Origin: Novosphingobium sp.
Lineage (GTDB): Bacteria > Pseudomonadota > Alphaproteobacteria > Sphingomonadales > Sphingomonadaceae
NCBI GenBank assembly: GCA_031416535.1
Contig: JANOTT010000061.1
Coordinates: forward strand, 30-64,029
Direction: 5' to 3'
Length of the DNA stretch: 64,000 nucleotides
Shown: in pieces, positions 47,274 through 57,376 of the stretch
Position numbering within the stretch: the first letter of the stretch is position 1
Layout: each line of letters begins with the position of its first letter
Position numbers and translations under genes: made by a program
Notes under the pieces: model-generated
The model's input: the letters and a program-made list of their open reading frames with translations, nothing else
Told to the model about the DNA's origin: nothing
Database searches by the model: none

Positions 47274-48428
47274 ATGTCGATGGATTTGCTGGCGCGCACC
47301 GCCTACAACGAAGATCACGAAGCTTTCCGCCAGACCGTTCGCCGGTTTCTTGAGGCTGAGGTGGCACCGCACCAGGCCGAATGGGCCGATGCCGGGATCG
47401 TCCCCAAGGCGCTCTGGCCCAAGGCCGGCGCGCTCGGCATGCTATGCCCGACCGTGCCCGAGGAATACGGCGGGTTGGGGCTCGACTTCGGCTATAACGC
47501 GATCGTCGACGAGGAAAGCGCGTATTACGGGCGGGTCACCACCGGGTTTTCGCTGCAATCGGACATCGTCTGCAACTACCTCGTCTCGTATGGTTCGGAT
47601 GAACAAAAGGCCAAGTGGCTGCCCAGGATGGTCGCGGGCGAGGTGATCACCGCCATCGCCATGACCGAGCCGGGCACCGGCAGCGATCTGCAGGCGATGC
47701 GCACCACCGCCAGGAAAGATGGCAACCACTATGTCATCAACGGGTCGAAAACCTATATCACCAACGGCCAGAACGCCGACCTGATCCTGGTCTGCGTCAA
47801 GACCGATACCGATGTGCAGCCGGCCTGGAAGGGCGTGTCGATCGTGCTGGTCGAGGCCGACCGCGACGGCTTCAAGCGCGGCCGCAACCTCGACAAGATC
47901 GGGCAGGACGAGGCCGATACCTCGGAACTGTTCTTCGAGGATGTGCGCGTGCCGATCACCAATTGCCTGGGCGAGGAAGGCAAGGGGTTTATCTACCTGA
48001 TGAGCGAACTGCCGCAGGAACGGCTGTCGATCGCGGTATCGGCGCAGGCTTCGGCGCAGCGCGCGTTCGACGATACGGTCGAGTTTACCCGGACCCGCAT
48101 GGCGTTCGGCAAGCCGGTGCTCGATTTCCAGAACACCCGGTTCACCTTGGCCGACCTCAAGGCCAAGCTGCAGGTCGGCTGGGCGCACCTTGACTGGGCC
48201 CTGACCCGCCACCTGAAGCGCGAATTGACCGCCGAGGAAGGCGCTGCCGCCAAGCTGTGGCACACCGAACTGCAGTGGGAAGTGATGGACAAGTGCCTGC
48301 AGCTGCACGGCGGTGCGGGCTATATGAATGAATATCCGATCGCGCGGGCCTGGCGCAGCGCCCGGGTCACCCGGATCTTCGGCGGCACCAACGAGATCAT
48401 GAAAGAGCTGATCGGACGCAAGCTTTAG
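47274..48428 (+). CDS. Acyl-CoA dehydrogenase
   Basis: AIAMTEPGTGSD, NGSKTYITNG, DTSELFFED, ERL, IFGGTNEIMKE. Confidence 0.95.
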   Translation: MSMDLLARTAYNEDHEAFRQTVRRFLEAEVAPHQAEWADAGIVPKALWPKAGALGMLCPTVPEEYGGLGLDFGYNAIVDEESAYYGRVTTGFSLQSDIVCNYLVSYGSDEQKAKWLPRMVAGEVITAIAMTEPGTGSDLQAMRTTARKDGNHYVINGSKTYITNGQNADLILVCVKTDTDVQPAWKGVSIVLVEADRDGFKRGRNLDKIGQDEADTSELFFEDVRVPITNCLGEEGKGFIYLMSELPQERLSIAVSAQASAQRAFDDTVEFTRTRMAFGKPVLDFQNTRFTLADLKAKLQVGWAHLDWALTRHLKRELTAEEGAAAKLWHTELQWEVMDKCLQLHGGAGYMNEYPIARAWRSARVTRIFGGTNEIMKELIGRKL

Positions 48429-48490
48429 CAAGACCCGGAAACAGGGGGCTTGGCGGCTCCCGTTTCACCCATGCTTGCTCCCGGCGCAGC

Positions 48491-49165
48491 TCAGTTCGTC
48501 CGCACCCGCTTGTCGGCTACGACTTGCAGCCGCGGCGCTGACAGCGGGCGGCGCGCGCGAATGGTGCGGCGCAGCACCCGGCGCGGGGTCTCGGTGACAT
48601 AGTCCTCGGTCACCACCGTCTCGGTGCATGCGCGCTGACCGTCGCCGGGCGCCTGCAGCAGCATCACCGGGACCATCATCATCGGCTGATAACCATCGGC
48701 ATAGCCCGGCTGGGCGTAGCCATAGCCGCCCGGCTGGCCCGTGTACTGGTCGAGGTAGGCCTCGCAGTAATCGCGCGCGCCGCGCCGGTCGGCGGCACTG
48801 CCGATCACCCCGCCGGCGACCGCGCCCACTGCAGCGCCAACCACCGTGCCTTCGACCCGGTTGCCGCGCCCGGCCACCCGGTTGCCGATTACGCCGCCGA
48901 TTAAGCCGCCCAGCACAGCACCGCCCACGGTCTTGCCGCTGCCATGGTTGCGGCGGCACACGTCCAGCCAATCCGCCCGGTCCCGGTCATAGCGGGCCTG
49001 GTCATAGCGGGCCTGGCCATTGCTTGCGGGCTGTTGCGGCATCGCCGCCGGGCCGCCTTGCCATTCGGGACGCGGATCGGGCAGGCCCGGCTGCGCCACG
49101 GCCGGCGCCGCCAGCGCGATTGACAGCACGGCCAGCAGCGGCAGGCAAAGAGCTCGAGACTTCAT
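48491..49165 (-). CDS. Secreted glycine-zipper 2TM (YMGG-like) protein
   Basis: Signal peptide; GGAVLGGLIGGVIGNRV..GTVVGAAVGAVAGGVIG; paired Cys flanking the zipper. Confidence 0.85.
   Translation of the reverse strand: MKSRALCLPLLAVLSIALAAPAVAQPGLPDPRPEWQGGPAAMPQQPASNGQARYDQARYDRDRADWLDVCRRNHGSGKTVGGAVLGGLIGGVIGNRVAGRGNRVEGTVVGAAVGAVAGGVIGSAADRRGARDYCEAYLDQYTGQPGGYGYAQPGYADGYQPMMMVPVMLLQAPGDGQRACTETVVTEDYVTETPRRVLRRTIRARRPLSAPRLQVVADKRVRTN
48985..49016. repeat. 15-bp tandem repeat (about 2 copies) in coding sequence
   Basis: GGTCATAGCGGGCCT x2, encoding QARYD repeats. Confidence 0.85.
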
Positions 49166-49313
49166 GGCAATCCCCTGAACTGAGCCGGTCGAATCCGGCG
49201 CTAACCGGGAATTTAGCATTGCCCGGCGCAGAACTCCAAGGTGCTCAAGCCATTACTATCGCGGCTGTCCCGATTCGGTGCAGCCCCGCGCGGCGGATAA
49301 ACCGGCTTTCGCG

Positions 49314-49796
49314 CTAGATCGCCTGCCCGATAGCTGCCGCCAGCGCCTCGATCCCGCGCGCGTCTTCGGCGTCGAACCGGGCCAGGTCGGGGCTGTCGAG
49401 GTCGATCACCGCCACCACTGCGCCGCCGCGCCGCACCGGCACCACCAGTTCGGAGGCGCTGGCTGCGTCGCAAGCGATATGGCCCGGGAACGCATGGACA
49501 TCGCGCACCAGTTGCGTTTCGCCGCTGGCCGCAGCCGTGCCGCAGACCCCTTGCCCAAACGCGATCCGGATGCAGGCCGGGGCGCCCTGGAACGGACCCA
49601 GCACCAGTTCGCCATCGACCACGCGGTAGAACCCGGCCCAGTTGAGCCGCGGCACAATTTGCCAGATCAGCGCGGCCAGATTGGCCATGTTCGCCACCGG
49701 ATCGGGCTCGCCGGCGGTCAGCGCGGCGGCCGCATCGGCCAGTTCGCGGTACATCTGGGGCTTGGTCTGGTGCGGATCGGGGGCAAAATGATACAT
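49314..49796 (-). CDS. GAF-domain protein (free Met-R-sulfoxide reductase-like)
   Basis: ANMANLAA, NWAGFY, LGPFQGAPAC, GQGVCG, HIACD..SELVVP, DLDS. Confidence 0.9.
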   Translation of the reverse strand: MYHFAPDPHQTKPQMYRELADAAAALTAGEPDPVANMANLAALIWQIVPRLNWAGFYRVVDGELVLGPFQGAPACIRIAFGQGVCGTAAASGETQLVRDVHAFPGHIACDAASASELVVPVRRGGAVVAVIDLDSPDLARFDAEDARGIEALAAAIGQAI

Positions 49797-49858
49797 CGCC
49801 TTGCCAATAGCGCAGTCGCCTGTTGCCGCCTAGCCAGCTTCGCCCTAAGTCTGGCGCC

Positions 49859-51331
49859 ATGTCGACCAAACGCAAATTGCTTGTCGCCCTTGCCGTGTTC
49901 CTGCTGGTGCTCGGCGGCTTCTTCTTCTGGATCTGGCGCGGCACCCCGGCGCAGCACACGCTCGAACAGTTATCGGGCAAGGACCCGGTGCTGGTCGAGC
50001 CCAAGCAAGAACGGATCCCTTCGGTGGCGATTGCCAAAGCGATCGGCTGGGGCCCGAACGAAGCGCCGACCGCGGCGCAGGGGCTGCAGGTCACCCGTTT
50101 TGCCGAAGGGCTGGATCACCCGCGGGTGATCTATCCGCTGCCCAACGGCGATGTGATCGTGGCCGAAGCCGATGCGCCCAAGGGCAACATGGGCTCTGGC
50201 ATCACCGCCGCGATCGGCAAATTCCTGATGAACCGCGCCGGGGCCAACCAAGGCTCGCCCGATGCGCTGGTGCTGCTGCGCGACAGTGACGGCGATGGCA
50301 AGGCCGACGAGCGGTTTGTGCTGCGCCAGGGCAATGGCCTGGTCTCGCCCTCGGGCCTCGCCTGGCACGAGGGCACACTCTATGTCGCCAATCATGACGC
50401 GGTTCAGGCGTTTGCCTACCAGCTGGGTGAGACCGCGCTGGCCGCGCCGCCGACCAAGATCATGGATCTGCCCGGCGGCGGTAATCACTGGATGCGCAAC
50501 CTGCTGCTGAGTCCTGATGGCAAGCGGCTCTATGCCGCGGTTGGTTCGGCGAGCAACGTCGGCGAACGCGGAATGGACGCTGAAAAAGGCCGCGCCGCGA
50601 TCTGGGAGAAGACGCTGGGCAAGCCGGGCTTTCCGCGGATGTACGCCCAAGGGCTGCGCAATCCCAACGGGCTCGGCTGGAACCCGGCCACCGGCGAGCT
50701 GTGGGTGGTGGTTAACGAGCGCGATCTGCTTGGGCCCGATCTGGTCCCCGATTATCTGACCAACGTGCCGATTGGCGCGCATTATGGCTGGCCGTGGGTG
50801 TGGTGGAAACGGAACAACGATGACCGCGTGAGCGCTGCCCCGCCCGCTTATTTCGACGACTATGTGCGCAAGCCTGAATATGCCCTCGGCGCGCACGTCG
50901 CCCCGCTCGGGCTGGCCTTCGTCCAGGGCGGCGCGCTGCTCGGGCCGAATTTTGCCAATGGCGCGGTGATCGCACGGCACGGGTCGTGGAACCGCACCCC
51001 GCTGTCGGGCTATGACGTGGTGTTCGTGCGGTTCGACGCCAAGGGCAACCCGCTCGGCCTGCCGCTGCCGCTGCTCGGCGGGTTCCTGACCGGAAATGGC
51101 AGCACGCACGGCCGGCCGACCTGGGTGGCCTTTGCCAAGGACGGGGCGCTGCTGGTCAGCGACGATACCGGCGGGATCATCTGGCGCGTCACTGCGCCGG
51201 GGGCAGCGCCAGCAACCGCGATCGCACCGATTGTGTCGCAGCGGATTCCCCCGCAGCGCAGTCTGATCAGCAATCCCGAGGCGCGCTACACCGCCAAGCT
51301 TAAACAGGATTCGGTGGTCAAACAGCAGTAG
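49859..51331 (+). CDS. PQQ-dependent sugar/sorbosone dehydrogenase family
   Basis: GLDHPR, HWMRN, VGSASN, GLRNP.GL, NERD, HVAPLG, HGSWNR, GRPT..VSDD. Confidence 0.9.
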   Translation: MSTKRKLLVALAVFLLVLGGFFFWIWRGTPAQHTLEQLSGKDPVLVEPKQERIPSVAIAKAIGWGPNEAPTAAQGLQVTRFAEGLDHPRVIYPLPNGDVIVAEADAPKGNMGSGITAAIGKFLMNRAGANQGSPDALVLLRDSDGDGKADERFVLRQGNGLVSPSGLAWHEGTLYVANHDAVQAFAYQLGETALAAPPTKIMDLPGGGNHWMRNLLLSPDGKRLYAAVGSASNVGERGMDAEKGRAAIWEKTLGKPGFPRMYAQGLRNPNGLGWNPATGELWVVVNERDLLGPDLVPDYLTNVPIGAHYGWPWVWWKRNNDDRVSAAPPAYFDDYVRKPEYALGAHVAPLGLAFVQGGALLGPNFANGAVIARHGSWNRTPLSGYDVVFVRFDAKGNPLGLPLPLLGGFLTGNGSTHGRPTWVAFAKDGALLVSDDTGGIIWRVTAPGAAPATAIAPIVSQRIPPQRSLISNPEARYTAKLKQDSVVKQQ

Positions 51332-51361
51332 CGGCCAGAACGCCCGCCTTTCGGCCATTCC

Positions 51362-51408
51362 CAGATCGGTCGCCGTGCGGCTGTTTTCAGATTGGTCGCC
51401 GTGCGGCT
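51362..51408. repeat. 21-bp direct repeat duplicating the 3' end of the DUF815 gene
   Basis: CAGATCGGTCGCCGTGCGGCT (51362) vs CAGATTGGTCGCCGTGCGGCT (51388); 26-bp period. Confidence 0.8.
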
Positions 51409-52211
51409 CCGGCCAATTCAGTGACGAATTGCCAGGCGACCCGGCCCGAGCGGGCGCCGCGCCGCTTGGCCCATTCGAGCGCGTCTGCCGCCTGCCACGC
51501 CAGCCCATGCGCCTCGGCATAACCAGCAACCATGGCGAGGTAATCGTCCTGGCTGCAAGCGTGGAAGCCCAGCGCCAGACCGAACCGGTCGGCCAGCGCC
51601 AACTGGTCATCGACCGCATCGCGCGGATTGATGGGGTCGTCTTGTTCGGACAAGTGGCGCGGCACGATCGCGCGGCGGTTCGAGGTTACCGCCAGCCGGA
51701 CATTGCCCGGACGCGCCTCAACCCCGCCCTCAAGCCACGAGCGCAACGCGCGCGGGCCGGTGCTGTCACCGTCCTCGAACCCCAGATCGTCGATAAACAC
51801 CAGAAAGCGGCGCTGGACCGCGCCCAGCGCGGCGAACAACGCGGCCAGGCTGTCCAGCGCAGCGGGGGCAACCTGCACCAGCGCGATTGCGCCCGGATTG
51901 TCCGCTTGCGCCGCAGCGACCGCGGCGCGCAACAGCGCCGACTTGCCCATCCCGCGCGCGCCCCACAGCAGCATGTCGTGCGCCGCGTGTCCCGCCGCGA
52001 GCCGGGTGATGTTGGCGGTAACGCGCTCTTTCTGGTCGTCGATGCCTTTGAGCAAGCCGAGCGGCGGCGCGCTGATCGCCGCTACGGCGCGCGCGGTACC
52101 GTCCCAGACATAGGCGGGGGCCGCCAGCCAGTCGGTGCCGCTGTTCGCGGCCGGGACCATCGCCTCAAGCGCGGCGGCGATCCGCGCCAGTACCGGATCG
52201 GCGCCGCTCAT
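51387..52211 (-). CDS. DUF815 AAA+ ATP-binding protein
   Basis: LLWGARGMGKS, FIDDLGF, TSNRR, LADRFGL, RSGR.AWQF. Confidence 0.9.
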   Translation of the reverse strand: MSGADPVLARIAAALEAMVPAANSGTDWLAAPAYVWDGTARAVAAISAPPLGLLKGIDDQKERVTANITRLAAGHAAHDMLLWGARGMGKSALLRAAVAAAQADNPGAIALVQVAPAALDSLAALFAALGAVQRRFLVFIDDLGFEDGDSTGPRALRSWLEGGVEARPGNVRLAVTSNRRAIVPRHLSEQDDPINPRDAVDDQLALADRFGLALGFHACSQDDYLAMVAGYAEAHGLAWQAADALEWAKRRGARSGRVAWQFVTELAGAARRPI

Positions 52212-53944
52212 CCCGCCAGCGCCGCTGCATCGAGCGCATAGAGCAGCTCTGCTCCGGCCATCGCGGCGGCTTTCAGCCCGCGTGCTTCGGGCACCAGCTG
52301 CTCGTTAAAATAGCGCGCCACCACCGGTTTACTGGCGGCGAGCGGTCCGCCTTCGGCAATAACCGCGCGCGCCTGCCGCTGCAACTGCCAGCCCGCCACC
52401 GCCACCGCGGCCATCGTGCAGAACGGCACGCTGCCCGCCAGCCGGTCGTCGAGGCTGGCCTGGCCCGCCATCCAGCTTGCGATTTCGGCGCAATCCTGCG
52501 CCAGCCCGGCCAGCTGCGGCAAATCGGCGCAGTCGCGGGCAATATCGGCGAACAGCGCTGCCACAACGCCGCCGCCCTCATAGCCCAGCTTGCGGGTCAC
52601 CAGATCGGCCGCCTGGATCCCGTTGGTGCCTTCGTAGATCGGGGCGATGCGGGCATCGCGGTAGTGCTGCGCGGCGCCGGTCTCCTCGATGAAGCCCATC
52701 CCGCCGTGGACCTGAATACCGATGCTGGCCACCTCGCAGCCGATGTCGGTGCCCCAGGCCTTGAGCATCGGCACCAGACAGTCGGCCCGCGCCTCCGCCT
52801 CCGCCAGCCCGAGCGCGCCGCGATCGACCTGCCCGGCGGTGTAATAGAGCAGCGCGCGCGCGCCTTCGGTCAGCGCGCGCATCCGCAGCAGCATCCGGCG
52901 CACGTCAGGATGCTCGACAATGGCCACTGGCGTCTTGTCGGCCGCTCCGGCCCGCGCCGATTGCACGCGCTCACCGGCATAGTACTGCGCTGCCTGCAGC
53001 GCGCGCTCGGCGATCTGCACGCCCTGGCTGCCGACATTGATCCGCGCCGAATTCATCATCGTGAACATGGCCTTCAGGCCCTCGTTCTCGCGCCCGATCA
53101 GTTCGCCTATGCAGGCATCGCTGTCGCCAAAGCTCATCACGCACGTGGGCGAAGCCATGATCCCCAGCTTGTGCTCAAGGCCCACACAGCGCAGGTCGTT
53201 GCGCGCGCCGGGGGCGCCATCGGGGTTGACCAGAAACTTCGGCACCACGAACAGCGAGATCCCGCGGGTGCCCGCCGGAGCGCCGGGGGTGCGCGCCAGC
53301 ACCAGATGGATCACGTTGCCGGAAAGCTCATGATCGCCCCAGGTGATATAGATCTTGGTGCCCTTGATGGCGTATTTTCCGGCGTGTTCGCCCGCTGCGA
53401 TCGGCGCCGCGGCGGTGCGCAGCGCGCCCACGTCTGATCCTGCCTGCGGTTCGGTCAGGTTCATCGTCCCCGACCATTCGCCGCTGATCAGCTTGGCCAG
53501 GTACCGGTCCTTCTGCGCGCCGCTGCCGTGGTGGCTGATCGCCTCGATCGCGCCCACGGTCAGCATCGGCAGCAGCCCGAAGGCCATGTTCGCGCTGCCC
53601 AGATTCTCGATCACAGTGGCCGACAGCGTAAACGGCAGGCCCTGTCCGCCATAGGCCGGATCGCCCGAAATCGCGTTCCAGCCCTGTTCGACGTAATGGT
53701 GATAGGCGGCGGCAAAACCCCTGGGCAGCGAGACCGTGCCATTGGCCAGCACCGCGCCCTGCTGATCGCCGATGCGGTTGAGCGGTGCCCACTCGCCCGC
53801 CGCAAACTGGCCGATGCCTTCGACAATCGCCTCGACCATATCGGGGCTGGCAGCGGCAAAGCGCGCATGCGCGGCGATCTCTTCAATCCCGGCATTGACC
53901 CGGATGGCGAGGAGCTGATCGGCAGTGGGGGCAGTATAATCCAT
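52208..53944 (-). CDS. Acyl-CoA dehydrogenase (long type)
   Basis: GTMNLTEPQAGSD, GTKIYITWG, EHKLGI.ASPT, MFTMMN.AR, IYEGTNGIQA. Confidence 0.93.
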   Translation of the reverse strand: MDYTAPTADQLLAIRVNAGIEEIAAHARFAAASPDMVEAIVEGIGQFAAGEWAPLNRIGDQQGAVLANGTVSLPRGFAAAYHHYVEQGWNAISGDPAYGGQGLPFTLSATVIENLGSANMAFGLLPMLTVGAIEAISHHGSGAQKDRYLAKLISGEWSGTMNLTEPQAGSDVGALRTAAAPIAAGEHAGKYAIKGTKIYITWGDHELSGNVIHLVLARTPGAPAGTRGISLFVVPKFLVNPDGAPGARNDLRCVGLEHKLGIMASPTCVMSFGDSDACIGELIGRENEGLKAMFTMMNSARINVGSQGVQIAERALQAAQYYAGERVQSARAGAADKTPVAIVEHPDVRRMLLRMRALTEGARALLYYTAGQVDRGALGLAEAEARADCLVPMLKAWGTDIGCEVASIGIQVHGGMGFIEETGAAQHYRDARIAPIYEGTNGIQAADLVTRKLGYEGGGVVAALFADIARDCADLPQLAGLAQDCAEIASWMAGQASLDDRLAGSVPFCTMAAVAVAGWQLQRQARAVIAEGGPLAASKPVVARYFNEQLVPEARGLKAAAMAGAELLYALDAAALAG

Positions 53945-54001
53945 TGGCTGGTGCTCGCGCTTTTGCTTGGCATTGACCCGCGTGGCCTATAGCGCAGCGG
54001 C

Positions 54002-54952
54002 ATGTCCGGCAAGCATCTCGGCCCTGTTGTCCGTCCCGCCGATGCGGCCGGCGTGGCCAAAGCCGCCGCGCTGCTGATCGCCGGCGTGCCGGTCGCGCTG
54101 CCAACCGAGACCGTCTATGGCCTCGCCGCCAGGGCCGATATGCCGCAGGCCGTAGCGGCGATCTATGCCGCCAAAGGCCGGCCCGGCTTCAACCCGCTGA
54201 TCGTCCACGTTGCCGATCTGGCGCAAGCCGAAACGCTTGGCCAGTTTGATGACCGCGCGCGGGCGTTGGCGGCGGCGTTCTGGCCCGGGGCGCTGACCAT
54301 CGTGTTGCCGCTAAAAGCCGACGCGCGAATCGCCCCGGCAGTGACCGCCGGTTTGCCGACCATCGCGCTGCGCTGCCCGGCGCACCCGGTGATGCGCCAG
54401 GTGCTGGCGGCCACCGGCTTGCCGCTCGCCGCGCCATCGGCCAACCGCAGCGGCGGGATCAGCCCAACCAGCGCAGCACACGTGGCCGCCTCGCTCGCCG
54501 GGCGGATCGCACTGGTGCTCGATGGCGGGGCCTGCGCGGCGGGGCTCGAAAGCTCGATCGTGGCGTTGCGTGCCGATGGCAGCTGGCACCTGCTGCGCCC
54601 CGGTCCGATTGCGCAAGCGCAGCTTTCCGCGCTGCTTGGCCCGCAGTCTGACGTCATGGATGATGCTGTGATCGAAGCTCCCGGCCAGCTTGCCAGCCAC
54701 TATTCGCCGGGCAAGCCGCTGCGGCTAGACGCGGCCCAGGCCGCGCCGGATGAGTTCCTGATCGGGTTCGGCGCGCTGGCCGGCGATTACAACCTGTCCG
54801 CCGCCGCTGACCTGGCCGAGGCCGCGGCGCGGCTTTACGCCGCCCTCCATCGCGCCGCCGCCGCCGCGCAGCCGCGCATCGCGGTCGCGGCGCTGCCGCA
54901 CGACGGACTGGGCGCGGCGCTCAACGATCGGCTGCGCCGCGCCGCAGTGTAA
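54002..54952 (+). CDS. tsaC: L-threonylcarbamoyladenylate synthase (Sua5 type)
   Basis: PTETVYGLAA, KGRP..NPLIVH, WPG.LT, APSAN, PGQLASHYSP. Confidence 0.94.
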   Translation: MSGKHLGPVVRPADAAGVAKAAALLIAGVPVALPTETVYGLAARADMPQAVAAIYAAKGRPGFNPLIVHVADLAQAETLGQFDDRARALAAAFWPGALTIVLPLKADARIAPAVTAGLPTIALRCPAHPVMRQVLAATGLPLAAPSANRSGGISPTSAAHVAASLAGRIALVLDGGACAAGLESSIVALRADGSWHLLRPGPIAQAQLSALLGPQSDVMDDAVIEAPGQLASHYSPGKPLRLDAAQAAPDEFLIGFGALAGDYNLSAAADLAEAAARLYAALHRAAAAAQPRIAVAALPHDGLGAALNDRLRRAAV

Positions 54953-54955
54953 CGC

Positions 54956-55807
54956 TCAGGGCTGGGGTGCGGGCGGCGCTGGCGGTGCGGCCGGGGACGC
55001 TGGCGGTGCGGCCGGGGGCGCTGGCGCGGCCGGAGCGGGTTCGGCCTCCACCGCGTTGCGCTTGGTCACGCCGCTTTCGCAGATCAGCTGACCTGAACCA
55101 AGCGCGCTGACCGTGCAGCGGGCGCGGCCTTTGACCGTGACCGAGCCGGAGCCAACAATCGTCGCAGCGACATCCCCGTCCGACGAAAATATTGCCCCGC
55201 CCGAGCCGAGCACGTTAACTTTTGCCTTGTCCGCAGTGACCGCGCCAAGTTCGGCCGAGCCGCTGCCCAGGATCGTCAGGTCAAGCTGGCCGACTCGGCC
55301 GGCCGCGCGAAAGCTGCCCGATCCGGGCAAGGTCACTTCAAGCCGGTCACCCGAGACGCTCTGGGTATCGATCCGGCCCGAACCCAGGATCGTTACTGTT
55401 GCGCCCGGGGCGAGCGCCGCGGCGCTGATCTTGCCCGATCCGCCCATCGTCACATCCTTGGGCGCGGGCATGGTGACGCGGACCACCGCCAGTTTGCTGT
55501 CGCCCGAGAACAGCTTGCCTTCGCGCAGGATCGACAGCGTTCCGTCCTTGAGCGTGAAGCGGAGCTTGTCCACCGCAGCGGGATCGCCATCGACGGCGAT
55601 CGCCAGCTTGTCCCCCTGGGTAACCTGCACTTCGTCGGGGCCGAACATCACCAGCTTGCTGGGCGCGGCGCCGCTGAGGTCGAGCTCGGACAGCTTCTTG
55701 CCGTCGTCACCGATTGAAACCTTCGCATCGTTGCAACCGGCCACGCCGACCGCCAGCGCGACCGCGAGGATCGGGGCGAGCCCATTGAGGAATTGGCTGA
55801 ACTTCAT
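54956..55807 (-). CDS. Head-GIN (DUF2807) lipoprotein with Pro/Ala-rich tail
   Basis: Lipobox VAGC; repeated GSG..; C-terminal [18 protein letters not shown]. Confidence 0.85.
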   Translation of the reverse strand: MKFSQFLNGLAPILAVALAVGVAGCNDAKVSIGDDGKKLSELDLSGAAPSKLVMFGPDEVQVTQGDKLAIAVDGDPAAVDKLRFTLKDGTLSILREGKLFSGDSKLAVVRVTMPAPKDVTMGGSGKISAAALAPGATVTILGSGRIDTQSVSGDRLEVTLPGSGSFRAAGRVGQLDLTILGSGSAELGAVTADKAKVNVLGSGGAIFSSDGDVAATIVGSGSVTVKGRARCTVSALGSGQLICESGVTKRNAVEAEPAPAAPAPPAAPPASPAAPPAPPAPQP

Positions 55808-55825
55808 CGTAAGCCTCCGTCGCTG

Positions 55826-55847
55826 TGTATTAATGACATAATACAGC
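55826..55847 (-). promoter_or_regulatory. Palindromic operator upstream of head-GIN gene
   Basis: Minus strand GCTGTATTA-TGTCAT-TAATACA, about 19 bp before ATG; matches 20476-20499. Confidence 0.65.
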
Positions 55848-55872
55848 AACGCGGCCCGTGCAAGCGGCAAAC

Positions 55873-55903
55873 GAAAAGGGCCGCCCCAGCGGACGGCCCT
55901 TTC
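55873..55903 (-). terminator. Terminator after carD (bidirectional-looking)
   Basis: GAAAAGGGCCG..CGGCCCTTTC. Confidence 0.7.
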
Positions 55904-55922
55904 AATGTTCTGGCATTACCGC

Positions 55923-56459
55923 TCAGACGGCCACAGCCGCTTCCGCGTAGTACTTTGGCGCATGCTCGTTGAGGATCGCGAGGATCTTCTGCAGCGCTGA
56001 AGGCTCGTCGGTCTTTTCCATCGCGGCCAGTTCGCGCGCGAGGCGCGATGAGGCGGCTTCGAAAATCTGCCGTTCGGAATAGCTCTGTTCGGGCTGATCA
56101 TCGGCGCGGAACAGATCGCGGGTCACTTCGGCAATCGACACCAGGTCGCCCGAATTGATCTTCGCTTCGTATTCCTGCGCGCGGCGGCTCCACATGGTCC
56201 GCTTGACCTTGGGTTTGCCGGTGAGCGTATCGAGCGCTTCGCGCAGGGTCTTGTCCGAGGACAGCTTGCGCATGCCGATCGCCTCGACCTTGCTGACCGG
56301 AACCCGCAGCGTCATCCGTTCTTTTTCGAACCGCAGCACGTAGAGTTCAAGCTGCATCCCGGCGATTTCCTGCTCGAGCAGTTCGATCACCCGGCCAACG
56401 CCATGCTTTGGATAGACAACGTAGTCACCAACATCGAAGGCCTGCGCCTTGATTACCAT
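55923..56459 (-). CDS. carD: CarD family RNA polymerase-binding factor
   Basis: FDVGDYVVYPKHGVG, MWSRRAQEYEAKINSGD. Confidence 0.95.
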   Translation of the reverse strand: MVIKAQAFDVGDYVVYPKHGVGRVIELLEQEIAGMQLELYVLRFEKERMTLRVPVSKVEAIGMRKLSSDKTLREALDTLTGKPKVKRTMWSRRAQEYEAKINSGDLVSIAEVTRDLFRADDQPEQSYSERQIFEAASSRLARELAAMEKTDEPSALQKILAILNEHAPKYYAEAAVAV

Positions 56460-56729
56460 GTTACGTCCTTTCACGCGCCGGTGCGACCCGGCTGATTGTT
56501 TTGACGGGGACTACGGTCAAACGCTGACGGTGCGGGGCGCGGGGGTTAAACCTCGGCCCGTGGCTGCCATTGACTGCTGTCTTGAGTCCCGTCCGGTCTG
56601 GATGCCTTGTTAACGCAGAACCGGAATCCTGCATGTCTTGCGCAGCATGTAACACGCCCGCAACAAAATTACCAGTGGCGAGAATCGCGCCGCTGGCTGG
56701 CCTGTCTTAACCGGTATTGCTGAGCAGGC

Positions 56730-57068
56730 TCAGTCGCCCTCGCCCGGCTCGGCCGAGAAGTACTTGTCGAACTTGCCGTCTTCGCCCTTGAACTCGTCGG
56801 CGTCGGCCGGCGAATCCTTCTTGGTGGTGATATTGGGCCATTCGGCCGAATATTTGGTATTGAGTTCAAGCCACTGCTCCAGCCCGCTCTCGGTATCGGG
56901 GAGGATCGCCTCGGCCGGGCATTCGGGCTCGCACACCCCGCAATCGATGCATTCGCTGGGGTTGATCACCAGCATATTGTCGCCCTCGTAGAAGCAATCG
57001 ACGGGGCAGACCTCGACGCAGTCCATATATTTGCATTTGATGCAGGCGTCGGTGACGACATAGGTCAT
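56730..57068 (-). CDS. fdxA: Ferredoxin FdxA
   Basis: [29 protein letters not shown]. Confidence 0.96.
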   Translation of the reverse strand: MTYVVTDACIKCKYMDCVEVCPVDCFYEGDNMLVINPSECIDCGVCEPECPAEAILPDTESGLEQWLELNTKYSAEWPNITTKKDSPADADEFKGEDGKFDKYFSAEPGEGD

Positions 57069-57376
57069 GGCAGTGAGTCCCCATAAGGCAGGTGTGTTGG
57101 TCGCGGTGCTATGGGATTTGCGCCGCGCTCGTCAAGCACGCGGTAACACGATTGCGCTTCGCTGGGCGGACCACGGCGTTCAGGCAGCGCCAGCAGGTCG
57201 ATCACACAGACCCTGGTTCGTAGCGGCAGGGTCAACACATCGCCGATCCTGACCGTCGTTCCGGGCTTCTCGATCCGCTGCCCATTGAGCCGGAAATGCC
57301 CGCCTTCGACCCATTTCTGGGCCAGACTGCGGCTGGCGGCAAAGCGCAAGAACCAGACGAGCCTGTCGATCCGCAT
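57065..57376 (-). CDS. S4-domain RNA-binding protein (Hsp15-like)
   Basis: [33 protein letters not shown]. Confidence 0.9.
   Translation of the reverse strand: MRIDRLVWFLRFAASRSLAQKWVEGGHFRLNGQRIEKPGTTVRIGDVLTLPLRTRVCVIDLLALPERRGPPSEAQSCYRVLDERGANPIAPRPTHLPYGDSLP

Noticed and set aside
54968-55040. GC-rich repeats at the end of the head-GIN gene as a REP element
   Set aside because: Fully explained by coding for the Pro/Ala-rich protein tail.
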